A DNA stretch of 59,728 bases from a virus (lineage: Duplodnaviria; Caudoviricetes): the IMG/VR virus record IMGVR_UViG_3300046028_010391, positions 1 through 59,728 of that record; one strand, written 5' to 3'. The notes below the pieces were generated by a model. That model was not told the DNA's origin. It saw only the letters and a program-made list of their open reading frames with translations, and did not search any database. This document shows, piece by piece, positions 37,673 through 45,747 of the stretch; position 1 is the stretch's first letter, and each line of letters begins with the position of its first letter. The translations under genes were made by a program, and so were the position numbers.

Positions 37673-37681
37673 TATAAATAT
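37673..37681 (-). promoter_or_regulatory. Putative late promoter ATATTTATA on the minus strand
   Basis: TATAAATAT on the + strand. Orientation flips with the minus-strand gene. Confidence 0.7.
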
Positions 37682-37683
37682 TA

Positions 37684-37722
37684 GTCATTTTAACGTCATT
37701 TCAAATTCATAAAAAACGTCAT
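37684..37722 (+). promoter_or_regulatory. Four (G/T)TCAT direct repeats at 11/11/12-bp spacing (Pho-box-like)
   Basis: GTCAT 37684, GTCAT 37695, TTCAT 37706, GTCAT 37718, between divergent promoters. Confidence 0.5.
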
Positions 37723-37731
37723 ATTAAAAAT

Positions 37732-37760
37732 TTGGCTCCCCGAAATCTCGTTTGTATATT
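37732..37760 (+). promoter_or_regulatory. Promoter TTGG-N19-TATATT
   Basis: Intergenic, upstream of the small-gene cluster. Confidence 0.7.
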
Positions 37761-37782
37761 TACCATATAAGGAATTAAGGTT

Positions 37783-38013
37783 ATGATGAATCAAGAAGAA
37801 ATTTACCAAGCAGAACAAGAATTAGCTCGTTTTAATGAGTTGATGAGTAAAGAAATTCTCAATCAAGAGGAGTATGAGTTTTGTAAAGCATGGGATGCTG
37901 AAGAAGCTAAAAATTTGTTCCACAATAGTTGGAATAATACCTACCTCAATTTGAATGTTTATTCTGAGGTTGAAAAAGAAGAGTTTGATTTAAAAATGGA
38001 AATTGGATTTTAA
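37783..38013 (+). CDS. Hypothetical protein
   Basis: GTTATG start downstream of a promoter. Confidence 0.7.
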   Translation: MMNQEEIYQAEQELARFNELMSKEILNQEEYEFCKAWDAEEAKNLFHNSWNNTYLNLNVYSEVEKEEFDLKMEIGF

Positions 38014-38017
38014 GGTT

Positions 38018-38224
38018 ATGGAAGTAAGAGTAAGTTTATTAATGCAAAGCCACTTAAGTGATGCATTGTTTGAAATGAGTCTTCCAAACCGAGGTCTTGC
38101 ATCCGAACGTTTAGAGTTTGTAAAATGGATGGTTCATATGTTTCCCGATACTAATGTAAAGGTTGATGCTGATGTAGTTTACAAACAGTTTAAATTAAAA
38201 CAACAAGTAAATTTGGAAAATTAA
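38018..38224 (+). CDS. Hypothetical protein
   Basis: GTTATG start at 38018 preferred over the upstream TTG. Confidence 0.65.
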   Translation: MEVRVSLLMQSHLSDALFEMSLPNRGLASERLEFVKWMVHMFPDTNVKVDADVVYKQFKLKQQVNLEN

Positions 38225-38241
38225 AAAATTATTATTATATT
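38213..38241 (+). promoter_or_regulatory. Promoter TTGG-N19-TATATT
   Basis: Exact spacing, upstream of 38256. Confidence 0.7.
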
Positions 38242-38255
38242 TAAATAAAAAAGTT

Positions 38256-38462
38256 ATGACACACGAAGAATTCGAAAACCAACAACTCGACAAAATCAAT
38301 CACATCATCGATATCAATAATGCTATTGGTGAAGTATGGGCTTATCATCCCGAAAATCCAAATCGAATTGATCCTGTTCAATATCATGCTATTTTAGTTG
38401 CGAAGCTGGAACAAATGGAACAGGAATTGAAGGAGTTTGAAGCACAATATGGCACAGTATAG
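38256..38462 (+). CDS. Hypothetical protein
   Basis: GTTATG start. WAYHPENP motif. Confidence 0.7.
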   Translation: MTHEEFENQQLDKINHIIDINNAIGEVWAYHPENPNRIDPVQYHAILVAKLEQMEQELKEFEAQYGTV

Positions 38463-39045
38463 TTTTCTTAAAGGAACTAGTATTAAACACAGTCGAGAGG
38501 TTGTTATGAAGCATATTAATAAGCTTCAACCTCTCAACTATAACAAATTTATGTGGTGGCGTACACATACTGATAAAGTTGTACCTCTTGGTAAACGTGC
38601 ACCACTTAAAGATCGTATTTTGAATGGTGATTTTAATCCATCATCATATTTCTGGCAAGCACAATTATCTTTGTATACTGCTTTAGACAAAATTAATCTG
38701 GAAACCGATGACCATCAGAAACAAGTTGAAATGTTACAACTTGATATGGCTCGTCATAAACGATTGATGGAGGATTTTGAAAAAGAAGAACCTGCACGTT
38801 TAGAAGCTTTGTATGATGCCTTTACAGTTGCATTTAAGGTTACTCGTGAAGAATTAGAAGAAAAATTTCTTAATTGGCCGGGTGATATTTTGAGTTTTTA
38901 TAATCATGCTTGTGAATTTATGCACACTACCCCAGCTGAAAATAGAAAAAACATGAGAGGTCGTCCTAAAAAAGTACAACCTGTACAAGTTCAAAATAAA
39001 CTAAAACGTGGGAGAGGACGTCCTCGTAAAAATGAAATGTTTTAA
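38449..39045 (+). CDS. Hypothetical protein with C-terminal AT-hook-like motifs
   Basis: RGRPKK and KRGRGRPRK near the C-terminus. Confidence 0.7.
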   Translation: MAQYSFLKGTSIKHSREVVMKHINKLQPLNYNKFMWWRTHTDKVVPLGKRAPLKDRILNGDFNPSSYFWQAQLSLYTALDKINLETDDHQKQVEMLQLDMARHKRLMEDFEKEEPARLEALYDAFTVAFKVTREELEEKFLNWPGDILSFYNHACEFMHTTPAENRKNMRGRPKKVQPVQVQNKLKRGRGRPRKNEMF

Positions 39046-39047
39046 AA

Positions 39048-39197
39048 ATGATAGAAATTATTAGACATAGTTTAGGATTTTGTGGTGAACATTGGCATCC
39101 AAATCTTTTTACAGTTTTAGCAGGTAGTCTTGGAATCCTACCAGGAATTAATTATATTTATTTCAAATATATTAAACGTTATGAAAAAAAGAATTAA
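39048..39197 (+). CDS. Small hypothetical protein (49 aa), possibly membrane-anchored
   Basis: Read by hand: MIEIIRHSLGFCGEHWHPNLFTVLAGSLGILPGINYIYFKYIKRYEKKN. Confidence 0.55.
   Translation: MIEIIRHSLGFCGEHWHPNLFTVLAGSLGILPGINYIYFKYIKRYEKKN
39130..39158 (+). promoter_or_regulatory. Promoter TTGG-N19-TATATT
   Basis: Exact spacing, upstream of the TGT-fold gene, within the small ORF. Confidence 0.55.
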
Positions 39198-39978
39198 GGT
39201 TTCACATGAAGTCCCCTTTAGTTTATTGGATTATAGTCGTGAATTTAATGATTATGACTATTGTTTACCCCACCTATTAGATCAAAATGAAGAATATTTG
39301 GCTTATTTTAAACAAGCCAAAGCAGATGGACGTTATATTATAATGGACAATTCACTTCATGAATTGGGTGAAGCTTATGATTCAAATCGTTTATGGCACT
39401 GGATAAACGAACTACAACCAAATGAATTTATTGTACCTGATGTTTGGGAAAATAAAACTCAAAGTGTTGTAAATGCTCGTCAGTGGATTAAATATGAGTA
39501 CCCTGAAAACACTACTCCAGTAGCAGTAGTTCAAGCACAAACACTTCATGAAGCATTTGAATGTACTCAAACATATAAAGATTTAGGTTATAAGAAAATG
39601 GCATATTCGTATGGTGCTTCTTACTATAATGATGTTTGTGTTCATCCTAATAAACATTTAGGTAAAGCACTTGGTCGTGTTTATGTAATTTCAACTTTGT
39701 ATAAACAAGGAGTTTTATCGCCTAATGATCGAGTACATCTATTAGGTTGTCAAGTACCTCAAGAATTTGGTTGGTATGAAGGTATTGAATGTATTGAATC
39801 AATTGATACTTCAAATCCAATTATGGCAGCACTAGATGGTAATGCTATTAATTTCTTTGGCCTAACAGAAAAACCAGAAGCAAATATGAATAATTTCCAA
39901 GAATTACCTTCAGAAGATATTGATTTGGATCTTATTGATAATAATGTTGAAATATTTCGTTTAATTAATAATCTATAA
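39181..39978 (+). CDS. tRNA-guanine-transglycosylase-fold protein (DpdA-like 7-deazaguanine insertase)
   Basis: IIMDNSLHE, IVPDV, PVAVVQ, RVHLLG, ESIDTSNP. Heads the que gene cluster. Confidence 0.7.
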   Translation: MKKRIKVSHEVPFSLLDYSREFNDYDYCLPHLLDQNEEYLAYFKQAKADGRYIIMDNSLHELGEAYDSNRLWHWINELQPNEFIVPDVWENKTQSVVNARQWIKYEYPENTTPVAVVQAQTLHEAFECTQTYKDLGYKKMAYSYGASYYNDVCVHPNKHLGKALGRVYVISTLYKQGVLSPNDRVHLLGCQVPQEFGWYEGIECIESIDTSNPIMAALDGNAINFFGLTEKPEANMNNFQELPSEDIDLDLIDNNVEIFRLINNL

Positions 39979-39981
39979 GTT

Positions 39982-40227
39982 ATGAACACACAAACCGAAT
40001 ATAAATCATTGTTTGATTATCTAGGGCATGCCGCTGGTAGTGATCTAGGAAAACAAGTAGCTGCCGCAGCATCAGCTGAAAAAGTAAGAATTGCTGTAAA
40101 ATATGTTCAAAATTCTAAATATAAAGGAGACATTTTAATGTATCCTATTGATTGGTTAGATTATTACTTTTCTAAAAAAGAAACAAAACAAGATGAATCA
40201 GATGAATCATATGAACTCCCCTTCTAA
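39982..40227 (+). CDS. Hypothetical protein
   Basis: GTTATG start. SLFDYLGHAAG motif, ends ELPF. Confidence 0.7.
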   Translation: MNTQTEYKSLFDYLGHAAGSDLGKQVAAAASAEKVRIAVKYVQNSKYKGDILMYPIDWLDYYFSKKETKQDESDESYELPF

Positions 40228-40360
40228 AACAACTCAAGAAATAAATCCTGTTTGGGAAGCAGAAATTAAAAAAGTTTTAGACGAACTTTGGAAAAATCGT
40301 TTTAATTTAAGTTTGAAAAACGTAGAACTTCTACGTAGATTATCTAATAAAAAATATTAA
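40211..40360 (+). CDS. Small hypothetical protein (49 aa)
   Basis: Read by hand: MNSPSKTTQEINPVWEAEIKKVLDELWKNRF... Fills the gap to queC. Confidence 0.5.
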   Translation: MNSPSKTTQEINPVWEAEIKKVLDELWKNRFNLSLKNVELLRRLSNKKY

Positions 40361-40361
40361 T

Positions 40362-41177
40362 ATGAATAAACAAGCAGTATTGTCACTAAGTGGAGGTATG
40401 GACAGCTCCACATTGTTGCTTCATCTACTCGCCAATGGCTATGAAGTGACAGCACTGTCTTTTGACTATGGTCAAAAACATAGAGTTGAACTTGAGCGTG
40501 CTCAAGATTTAGTAAACTATCTAAATTCTCAATGTACCGATAACAATTGTTATGGTGGATGTAAGATTAAATATCAAGTAATTAAACTTGATGGTTTGAG
40601 TCAACTACTTAATTCATCACTTGTAACAGGTGGAGATGAAGTACCTGAAGGTCACTATGCTGAAGAAAATATGAAGGCAACAGTTGTACCTAATCGTAAT
40701 AAAATCTTTAGTTCAATTATTCAAGCAGTAGCTTTAAGTATAGCAAACAAAACCAATTCAGAGGTTAAAATTGCTTTAGGAGTACATAGCGGAGATCATT
40801 CAATTTACCCAGATTGTACGGATGAATGGAGAAAATCAGATGAAATAGCATTTAAAACAGGAAATTGGGATTCACATCTAGTAAATTATTATGTTCCCTA
40901 TATGGAAGGAAATAAATTTACTATTCTACAAGATGGAGAAAAATGTTGTAAACAATTAAGTCTTGATTTTAACGAAATATATAAACGTACAAATACATCT
41001 TATAAACCATACCCTTCAGGAAACTCTGATTATATGTCTGCTTCAAGTGTTGAACGTGTAGAAGCATTTATTGCTTTAGGTCGTCCTGATCCTGTAACTT
41101 ATGAAGATGAAGATGGTATTGCTTCATGGGATAAAGTAGTTGCTCATGTATCTAAAGTACTAGCTAGCCATGAGTGA
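40362..41177 (+). CDS. queC: 7-cyano-7-deazaguanine synthase
   Basis: SLSGGMDS, FDYGQKH, VVPNRN, YPDC. Confidence 0.92.
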   Translation: MNKQAVLSLSGGMDSSTLLLHLLANGYEVTALSFDYGQKHRVELERAQDLVNYLNSQCTDNNCYGGCKIKYQVIKLDGLSQLLNSSLVTGGDEVPEGHYAEENMKATVVPNRNKIFSSIIQAVALSIANKTNSEVKIALGVHSGDHSIYPDCTDEWRKSDEIAFKTGNWDSHLVNYYVPYMEGNKFTILQDGEKCCKQLSLDFNEIYKRTNTSYKPYPSGNSDYMSASSVERVEAFIALGRPDPVTYEDEDGIASWDKVVAHVSKVLASHE

Positions 41178-41454
41178 TGGAATCACCGAAGCTCGTAGAG
41201 GTACTTACTTTAAAAACGATAAATACAATAAAAGTATAATTAATTGGGAATTACATCAGAAAATGAATAATAAAAAATCTAAAATAGATAAAGATTTTAA
41301 ACATATGCCTAACCAAAAATGGCACAAAATTATAAGTTTTATCAAATCAGGGGTTAGAATTGTAGGTTACGGACTTATCCCATTTAATTTGGTAGTTGCA
41401 ACAATTGTACTTATCTTTAGTGAAGTTATTGGCATTGTTGAAGAATTAGTATGA
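41170..41454 (+). CDS. Hypothetical protein with hydrophobic C-terminus
   Basis: Overlapping start/stop packing. Confidence 0.6.
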   Translation: MSDGITEARRGTYFKNDKYNKSIINWELHQKMNNKKSKIDKDFKHMPNQKWHKIISFIKSGVRIVGYGLIPFNLVVATIVLIFSEVIGIVEELV

Positions 41455-41657
41455 CACGTAGACCCTATAGAAAGTCGGTTCCATTCCAAGAAATGTATGT
41501 TATTATAAACCAAAATGGAGAAGTATTTACAGGATTAAAAAAAGGTTACCCTGAGTATTCTTGGGATTGGTCACAAGCAAAACCACTATTTATAGAGAAC
41601 ACAAAATACCTGTTAAGAGAAACAGGGACAGAATTAATCAAAGAATCAGAATTATGA
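41451..41657 (+). CDS. Hypothetical protein
   Basis: ATGA overlaps on both sides. Confidence 0.6.
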   Translation: MTRRPYRKSVPFQEMYVIINQNGEVFTGLKKGYPEYSWDWSQAKPLFIENTKYLLRETGTELIKESEL

Positions 41658-41899
41658 AACAAGTATATTACTTTTCGGCTAGTTGGTGTCAACCGTGCCA
41701 AACACTTGGCCCTATCATGGAACAAGTATCTCAACAAGTTCATGTTGAAAAAATTAACGTAGATTATGAAGCCGACCTTATCACAAAATATGGTGTTAGA
41801 AATATTCCCACTGTAATACTCGTGGAAAATGGTCAAGAAGTTCGTAGATTTACTGGAGCAAGAAATTTTAACGACGTAATGAATTTTATCAATGGGTAG
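41654..41899 (+). CDS. Thioredoxin
   Basis: FSASWCQPC, YGVRNIPT. Start at ATG 41654. Confidence 0.9.
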   Translation: MKQVYYFSASWCQPCQTLGPIMEQVSQQVHVEKINVDYEADLITKYGVRNIPTVILVENGQEVRRFTGARNFNDVMNFING

Positions 41900-42356
41900 T
41901 TTTAGATCAACAAAAGTATTTGACGGTTACTCAACTGTATTTCGTCAATGGAGAGCCGATGGAACTCATTGTCAGTTTCTCCATGGTTATGGAGTATCAT
42001 TTAAAGTATGGTTTGAAGGTGAACTTGATGAACGTAATTGGGTTTGGGATTTTGGAGGTATGAAACGTGCTAAAGGTACTATTGATGGAATGAATCCTAA
42101 AGCATGGATGGATTATATGTTTGACCATACTACAATTGTTGCTGAAGATGATCCATATTTAGAAAAATTTAAAGAAATGTGGAAAGATGGTATTATTCAA
42201 CTTCGTATCATTCCAGCAGTAGGAGCAGAACAATTTTCAAACTACCTTTGGGTGAAACTAAATAACTTTATTCAAGAAGAAACTGATGGACGTGTAAGAG
42301 TAGTTCAAGTTGAATTTAGAGAACATGAAAAAAATACAGCATTTTATAAAGGATAA
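41892..42356 (+). CDS. queD: 6-carboxy-5,6,7,8-tetrahydropterin synthase
   Basis: HCQFLHGY, DFG, FDHT, E-x-x-KN. Next to queE. Confidence 0.88.
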   Translation: MGSFRSTKVFDGYSTVFRQWRADGTHCQFLHGYGVSFKVWFEGELDERNWVWDFGGMKRAKGTIDGMNPKAWMDYMFDHTTIVAEDDPYLEKFKEMWKDGIIQLRIIPAVGAEQFSNYLWVKLNNFIQEETDGRVRVVQVEFREHEKNTAFYKG

Positions 42357-42358
42357 TT

Positions 42359-43141
42359 ATGGCACTAGGTAGAATCGAAGATTATAGTAAAAAGCTCCCA
42401 ATCGTTGAGCTTTATACCTGCGTACAATCAGAAGGTAGTAGAGCAGGTCGTCCAACAGTAGCAATTAGAACTACAGGTTGTACTCACCGTTGTTATTTTG
42501 GTGAAGGTGGATGGTGTGACTCTTGGTACACGAGTATCCACCCAGAAAAAGGTAAATTTAACTTCCAGGATATTGTAAACATTTACGATGCACACCCTGA
42601 AATTACAGAAATGATGCTTACAGGTGGTTCACCCACAATGCATCCTGCTTTAGTAAATGAATTAACTCACTTTGCTAATGAAAGAGGAATTATTATTACT
42701 ATTGAAACTGAAGGATCTCATTTCTTAGAAACTGACCATCCTATTGGTCTTATTAGTTTTAGTCCTAAATTTAAAAATTCAGTCCCTGTATTAGGAGTAC
42801 TTACACCTCAAGGTTCAGTTACAGATCAAAAGATGATTGACAAACATAATAGCTTACGTTTAAATAAAGATGCTATTAAAAAATCTATGGAATATCATTC
42901 TGATTACCATATGAAAGTTGTAGTCAACCCAATTGAAGATCCTGAAACATGGAATGAAATTAAATCATTCTTGGATGAATTAGAAGTACCTAAGAATAAA
43001 ATTTGGATTATGCCTCCTGGAGATAACCGCCAAGAATTGATTCGAGTTTATCCTATGGTAATTGACTGGTGTACTAAAAATTATTATAATTTCACTGGTC
43101 GTGAACACATCATTGCCTTTGATACTAAGCGCGAAGTTTAA
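42359..43141 (+). CDS. queE: 7-carboxy-7-deazaguanine synthase (radical SAM)
   Basis: VQSEGSRAG, RTTGCTHRC...WCDS, LTGGSP, IETEG, SPK. Confidence 0.9.
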   Translation: MALGRIEDYSKKLPIVELYTCVQSEGSRAGRPTVAIRTTGCTHRCYFGEGGWCDSWYTSIHPEKGKFNFQDIVNIYDAHPEITEMMLTGGSPTMHPALVNELTHFANERGIIITIETEGSHFLETDHPIGLISFSPKFKNSVPVLGVLTPQGSVTDQKMIDKHNSLRLNKDAIKKSMEYHSDYHMKVVVNPIEDPETWNEIKSFLDELEVPKNKIWIMPPGDNRQELIRVYPMVIDWCTKNYYNFTGREHIIAFDTKREV

Positions 43142-43149
43142 TATTTATT
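43141..43149 (+). promoter_or_regulatory. Putative late promoter variant ATATTTATT
   Basis: Directly upstream of the nuclease ATG. Confidence 0.45.
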
Positions 43150-43154
43150 CTCAT

Positions 43155-43748
43155 ATGAGAAAAAGTATTTTATTATTTATTTCGTTACTATTATCAGTAA
43201 CGTCTTTTGCACAAGTTCTTAGAGATAGTATTCATTGGAATACTCCTTATTATACAATCATCTATTCTGAGGTATTAGAACAACCTAAAGCTATTTGGTA
43301 CACGGTTGCTTGTCCTGATGGAACAGCATCACGAGCAGGAATGGATTTTTACACAGAACCTGGTATTAAAACATCAGACAATGCTGATTATGTAAATAAT
43401 GAATGGGATAAAGGTCATATGGCACCTGCAGCGTCTTTAAATTGTAATAAAAATATGCTATGGGAAACCTTTAATTACATGAATTCAGCATTGCAACAAC
43501 AATCTTTAAACAGAGGTGTTTGGAAAAAGCTTGAAATACAAGAGCGTATTTGGGCCCAAACATCTCATGTTGAAGTTTATATTAGAGTTGAATTTGATAA
43601 AGTACCTAAAAGAGTTCCTACAAACGCTGCTATTCCAAAAGGATTTTATAAAGAACTTAAAATAGGAAATACAAAACGCTGTTACTATTTTCCAAATGTA
43701 GCTCCTACTACAAATGAATTAGAAAAATTTAAATGTAATTGTAGATGA
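43155..43748 (+). CDS. Exported DNA/RNA non-specific (NucA/EndA-type) endonuclease
   Basis: Signal peptide MRKSILLFISLLLSVTSFA-Q. DKGHMAPAA, TFNYMN, LNRGVWKKLE, IPKGFYK. Confidence 0.85.
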   Translation: MRKSILLFISLLLSVTSFAQVLRDSIHWNTPYYTIIYSEVLEQPKAIWYTVACPDGTASRAGMDFYTEPGIKTSDNADYVNNEWDKGHMAPAASLNCNKNMLWETFNYMNSALQQQSLNRGVWKKLEIQERIWAQTSHVEVYIRVEFDKVPKRVPTNAAIPKGFYKELKIGNTKRCYYFPNVAPTTNELEKFKCNCR

Positions 43749-44026
43749 ATAAAAAATTATTGGTTGAAAACTTAGAAAATAAACAAAATGTAATTTTGTT
43801 TTTTAACTCATCACATTGTGGAGCTTGTCAAACAGCAAAACCCATTGTTGAAAAAATTGTAAAATCTAAAAAAGATTATTTATATTCTAATATTACAGAA
43901 GGATCATCAGATTCAGAACAATTAGAAAAATTTTGTGGTGTTGAGTTTTATCCAACACTAGTTATCATTGAAAATGGTAAAGTAAAAAGGTATGTTGGTT
44001 TAAAACAATTGAATGAAATAAAATGA
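43745..44026 (+). CDS. Thioredoxin-like protein
   Basis: HCGAC, VEFYPTL. Confidence 0.8.
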   Translation: MNKKLLVENLENKQNVILFFNSSHCGACQTAKPIVEKIVKSKKDYLYSNITEGSSDSEQLEKFCGVEFYPTLVIIENGKVKRYVGLKQLNEIK

Positions 44027-44529
44027 AACAAGTATTATTTACTGAATTAGAATTACAAAACAAAGTAGGCGAAATTGCCTACAACATTAAAAAACAAGAA
44101 CACGATTTTCCTCCCGTGTTTATATGCGTTTTAAACGGCGCATTTATGTTCTTTACGGATTTAGTGAAGCGGATGGATGAATGCGAAATAGACTTTATAC
44201 GCGCGAAATCATACGAGGGAATCACACAGAGCACAGTCAAAATTACTAAATCTATTGAAATTGATATTTCAAGAAAAGACGTTTATCTTGTAGATGATAT
44301 TTACGATACAGGAGAAACAATGAAAGAACTTACTAATCATCTTAAATTATACGATCCTCGATCAATCACTCCAGTTACTTTATTTAAACGTTGGAGCGCA
44401 AAACATCCTGATTTAATTTATGGATTTGAATTGTATGATGAGGCCTGGCTTGTAGGTTATGGTTTAGATAATGAAAAAGGTCTCCAACGAAATCTTAAAC
44501 ATATTCTTGGAATCCCAAGAGAAGATTAA
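44023..44529 (+). CDS. hpt: Hypoxanthine/guanine phosphoribosyltransferase-like protein
   Basis: VLNGAFMF, KSY, LVDDIYDTG PRPP loop, VGYGLD. Confidence 0.88.
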   Translation: MKQVLFTELELQNKVGEIAYNIKKQEHDFPPVFICVLNGAFMFFTDLVKRMDECEIDFIRAKSYEGITQSTVKITKSIEIDISRKDVYLVDDIYDTGETMKELTNHLKLYDPRSITPVTLFKRWSAKHPDLIYGFELYDEAWLVGYGLDNEKGLQRNLKHILGIPRED

Positions 44530-44535
44530 TATATT
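44507..44535 (+). promoter_or_regulatory. Promoter TTGG-N19-TATATT
   Basis: Exact spacing, upstream of folE. Confidence 0.65.
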
Positions 44536-44551
44536 ATATAAAAATTAAGTT

Positions 44552-45256
44552 ATGGAAAATATCGAAAATAAGCGTCGTAAAAAACACGAAAACATTGAGT
44601 GTGTTCCTGTTGGATATGCTAATGGTGTTGCACCTGGTTTCCCATTTACCGATAGGGAAAAAGACAAAATGATTGAAGAAGCAGCCGAAGCGTTTGGTCA
44701 GTTTCTTGATGCCTTAAAATGTGATTGGAGAAACGACCCTAATTCAATGGAAACACCTCGTCGTGTAGCTAAAGCATATGTGAATGATTTGTGGAAAGGT
44801 CGTTACAACAACTTTACAGAAATTACTTCATTCCCTTCAGATGGTTATGATGGGATTATCATTGAACGTAACATTCAGCTTACTTCAATGTGCTCACATC
44901 ACCACCAAACAATTCGTGGTGTAGTACATATTGGTTATGTAGCTGGAAATGAAGGTCAAGTAATTGGTTTGTCTAAACTAAACCGAATTGTAGAACATTT
45001 TGGTCGTCGAGGTGCTATCCAAGAACAACTCACTTCAGCTATTCACCAAGCAGTAGATAAAGTATGTGAAGCAAATCGTGGTGTAATTGTAACTGTAGTA
45101 GCAACTCACAACTGTGTATCTTGCCGAGGTATTAATCACCAAGGTGCAGCAATGGTAACTACTAAAGCATCAGGTGTGTTTATGGAAAACGACAATCAAG
45201 CACGTAAAGAATTCTTTGATTCATTGAAAATTAATAACGGTCATATTTCAATTTAA
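44552..45256 (+). CDS. folE: GTP cyclohydrolase I
   Basis: ETPRRVAK, SMCSHH, GLSKLNR, IQEQLT, HNCVSCRG. Confidence 0.95.
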   Translation: MENIENKRRKKHENIECVPVGYANGVAPGFPFTDREKDKMIEEAAEAFGQFLDALKCDWRNDPNSMETPRRVAKAYVNDLWKGRYNNFTEITSFPSDGYDGIIIERNIQLTSMCSHHHQTIRGVVHIGYVAGNEGQVIGLSKLNRIVEHFGRRGAIQEQLTSAIHQAVDKVCEANRGVIVTVVATHNCVSCRGINHQGAAMVTTKASGVFMENDNQARKEFFDSLKINNGHISI

Positions 45257-45261
45257 TAGTT

Positions 45262-45747
45262 ATGAGTGATAAACAAAATTACGTACCCTTTGTAAGCGAG
45301 GTTGAAGAGTTCAACAGCTTAATGAATAAACCCAACAACTATGAACCATCCATACCACACAATCGAGCTGAATGGGAGTTTGTATATAACTTCGTTCTCG
45401 AAGAACTTGAAGAATATAAACAAGCTTGCGAACGTGGAGACATCGTTGAAGTTTTGGACGCATTGTGCGACATTACTTATGTATCCCTTGGGAACGGTGC
45501 TATGCTTCATGGTCTTAAGGATAAAGTTTGGCCGGCTTATATGGAAGTGCAGGCGTCAAATTTATCAAAAGCTTGTTCTACACAAGAAGAGGCAGAAGAA
45601 ACTGTTAAAATTCGCTCCAACGAACAAGGTGAACTTTGTCATTGGGAGCAGGTTGGTGACAAGTATGTTGTATATCGTACTAGAGACCGTAAAGTCATAA
45701 AGTCGATTAATTACTTTAAACCAAATCTTAAGCAGTTTTTTGAATAA
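45262..45747 (+). CDS. MazG-like / PRA-PH family NTP pyrophosphohydrolase
   Basis: EELEEY...EVLDALCDITYV...EVQASNLSK. Confidence 0.8.
   Translation: MSDKQNYVPFVSEVEEFNSLMNKPNNYEPSIPHNRAEWEFVYNFVLEELEEYKQACERGDIVEVLDALCDITYVSLGNGAMLHGLKDKVWPAYMEVQASNLSKACSTQEEAEETVKIRSNEQGELCHWEQVGDKYVVYRTRDRKVIKSINYFKPNLKQFFE

Noticed and set aside
39130-39180. ORF-track starts at 39130, 30864, 41561, 43062, 38003 and 38437
   Set aside because: They overlap upstream genes or promoters. Downstream ATGs give better context and domain boundaries.
39181-45256. Host tRNA queuosine operon or bacterial chromosome origin
   Set aside because: No queA or queF, the TGT-fold protein lacks the canonical Tgt Zn motif, and the context is entirely phage.
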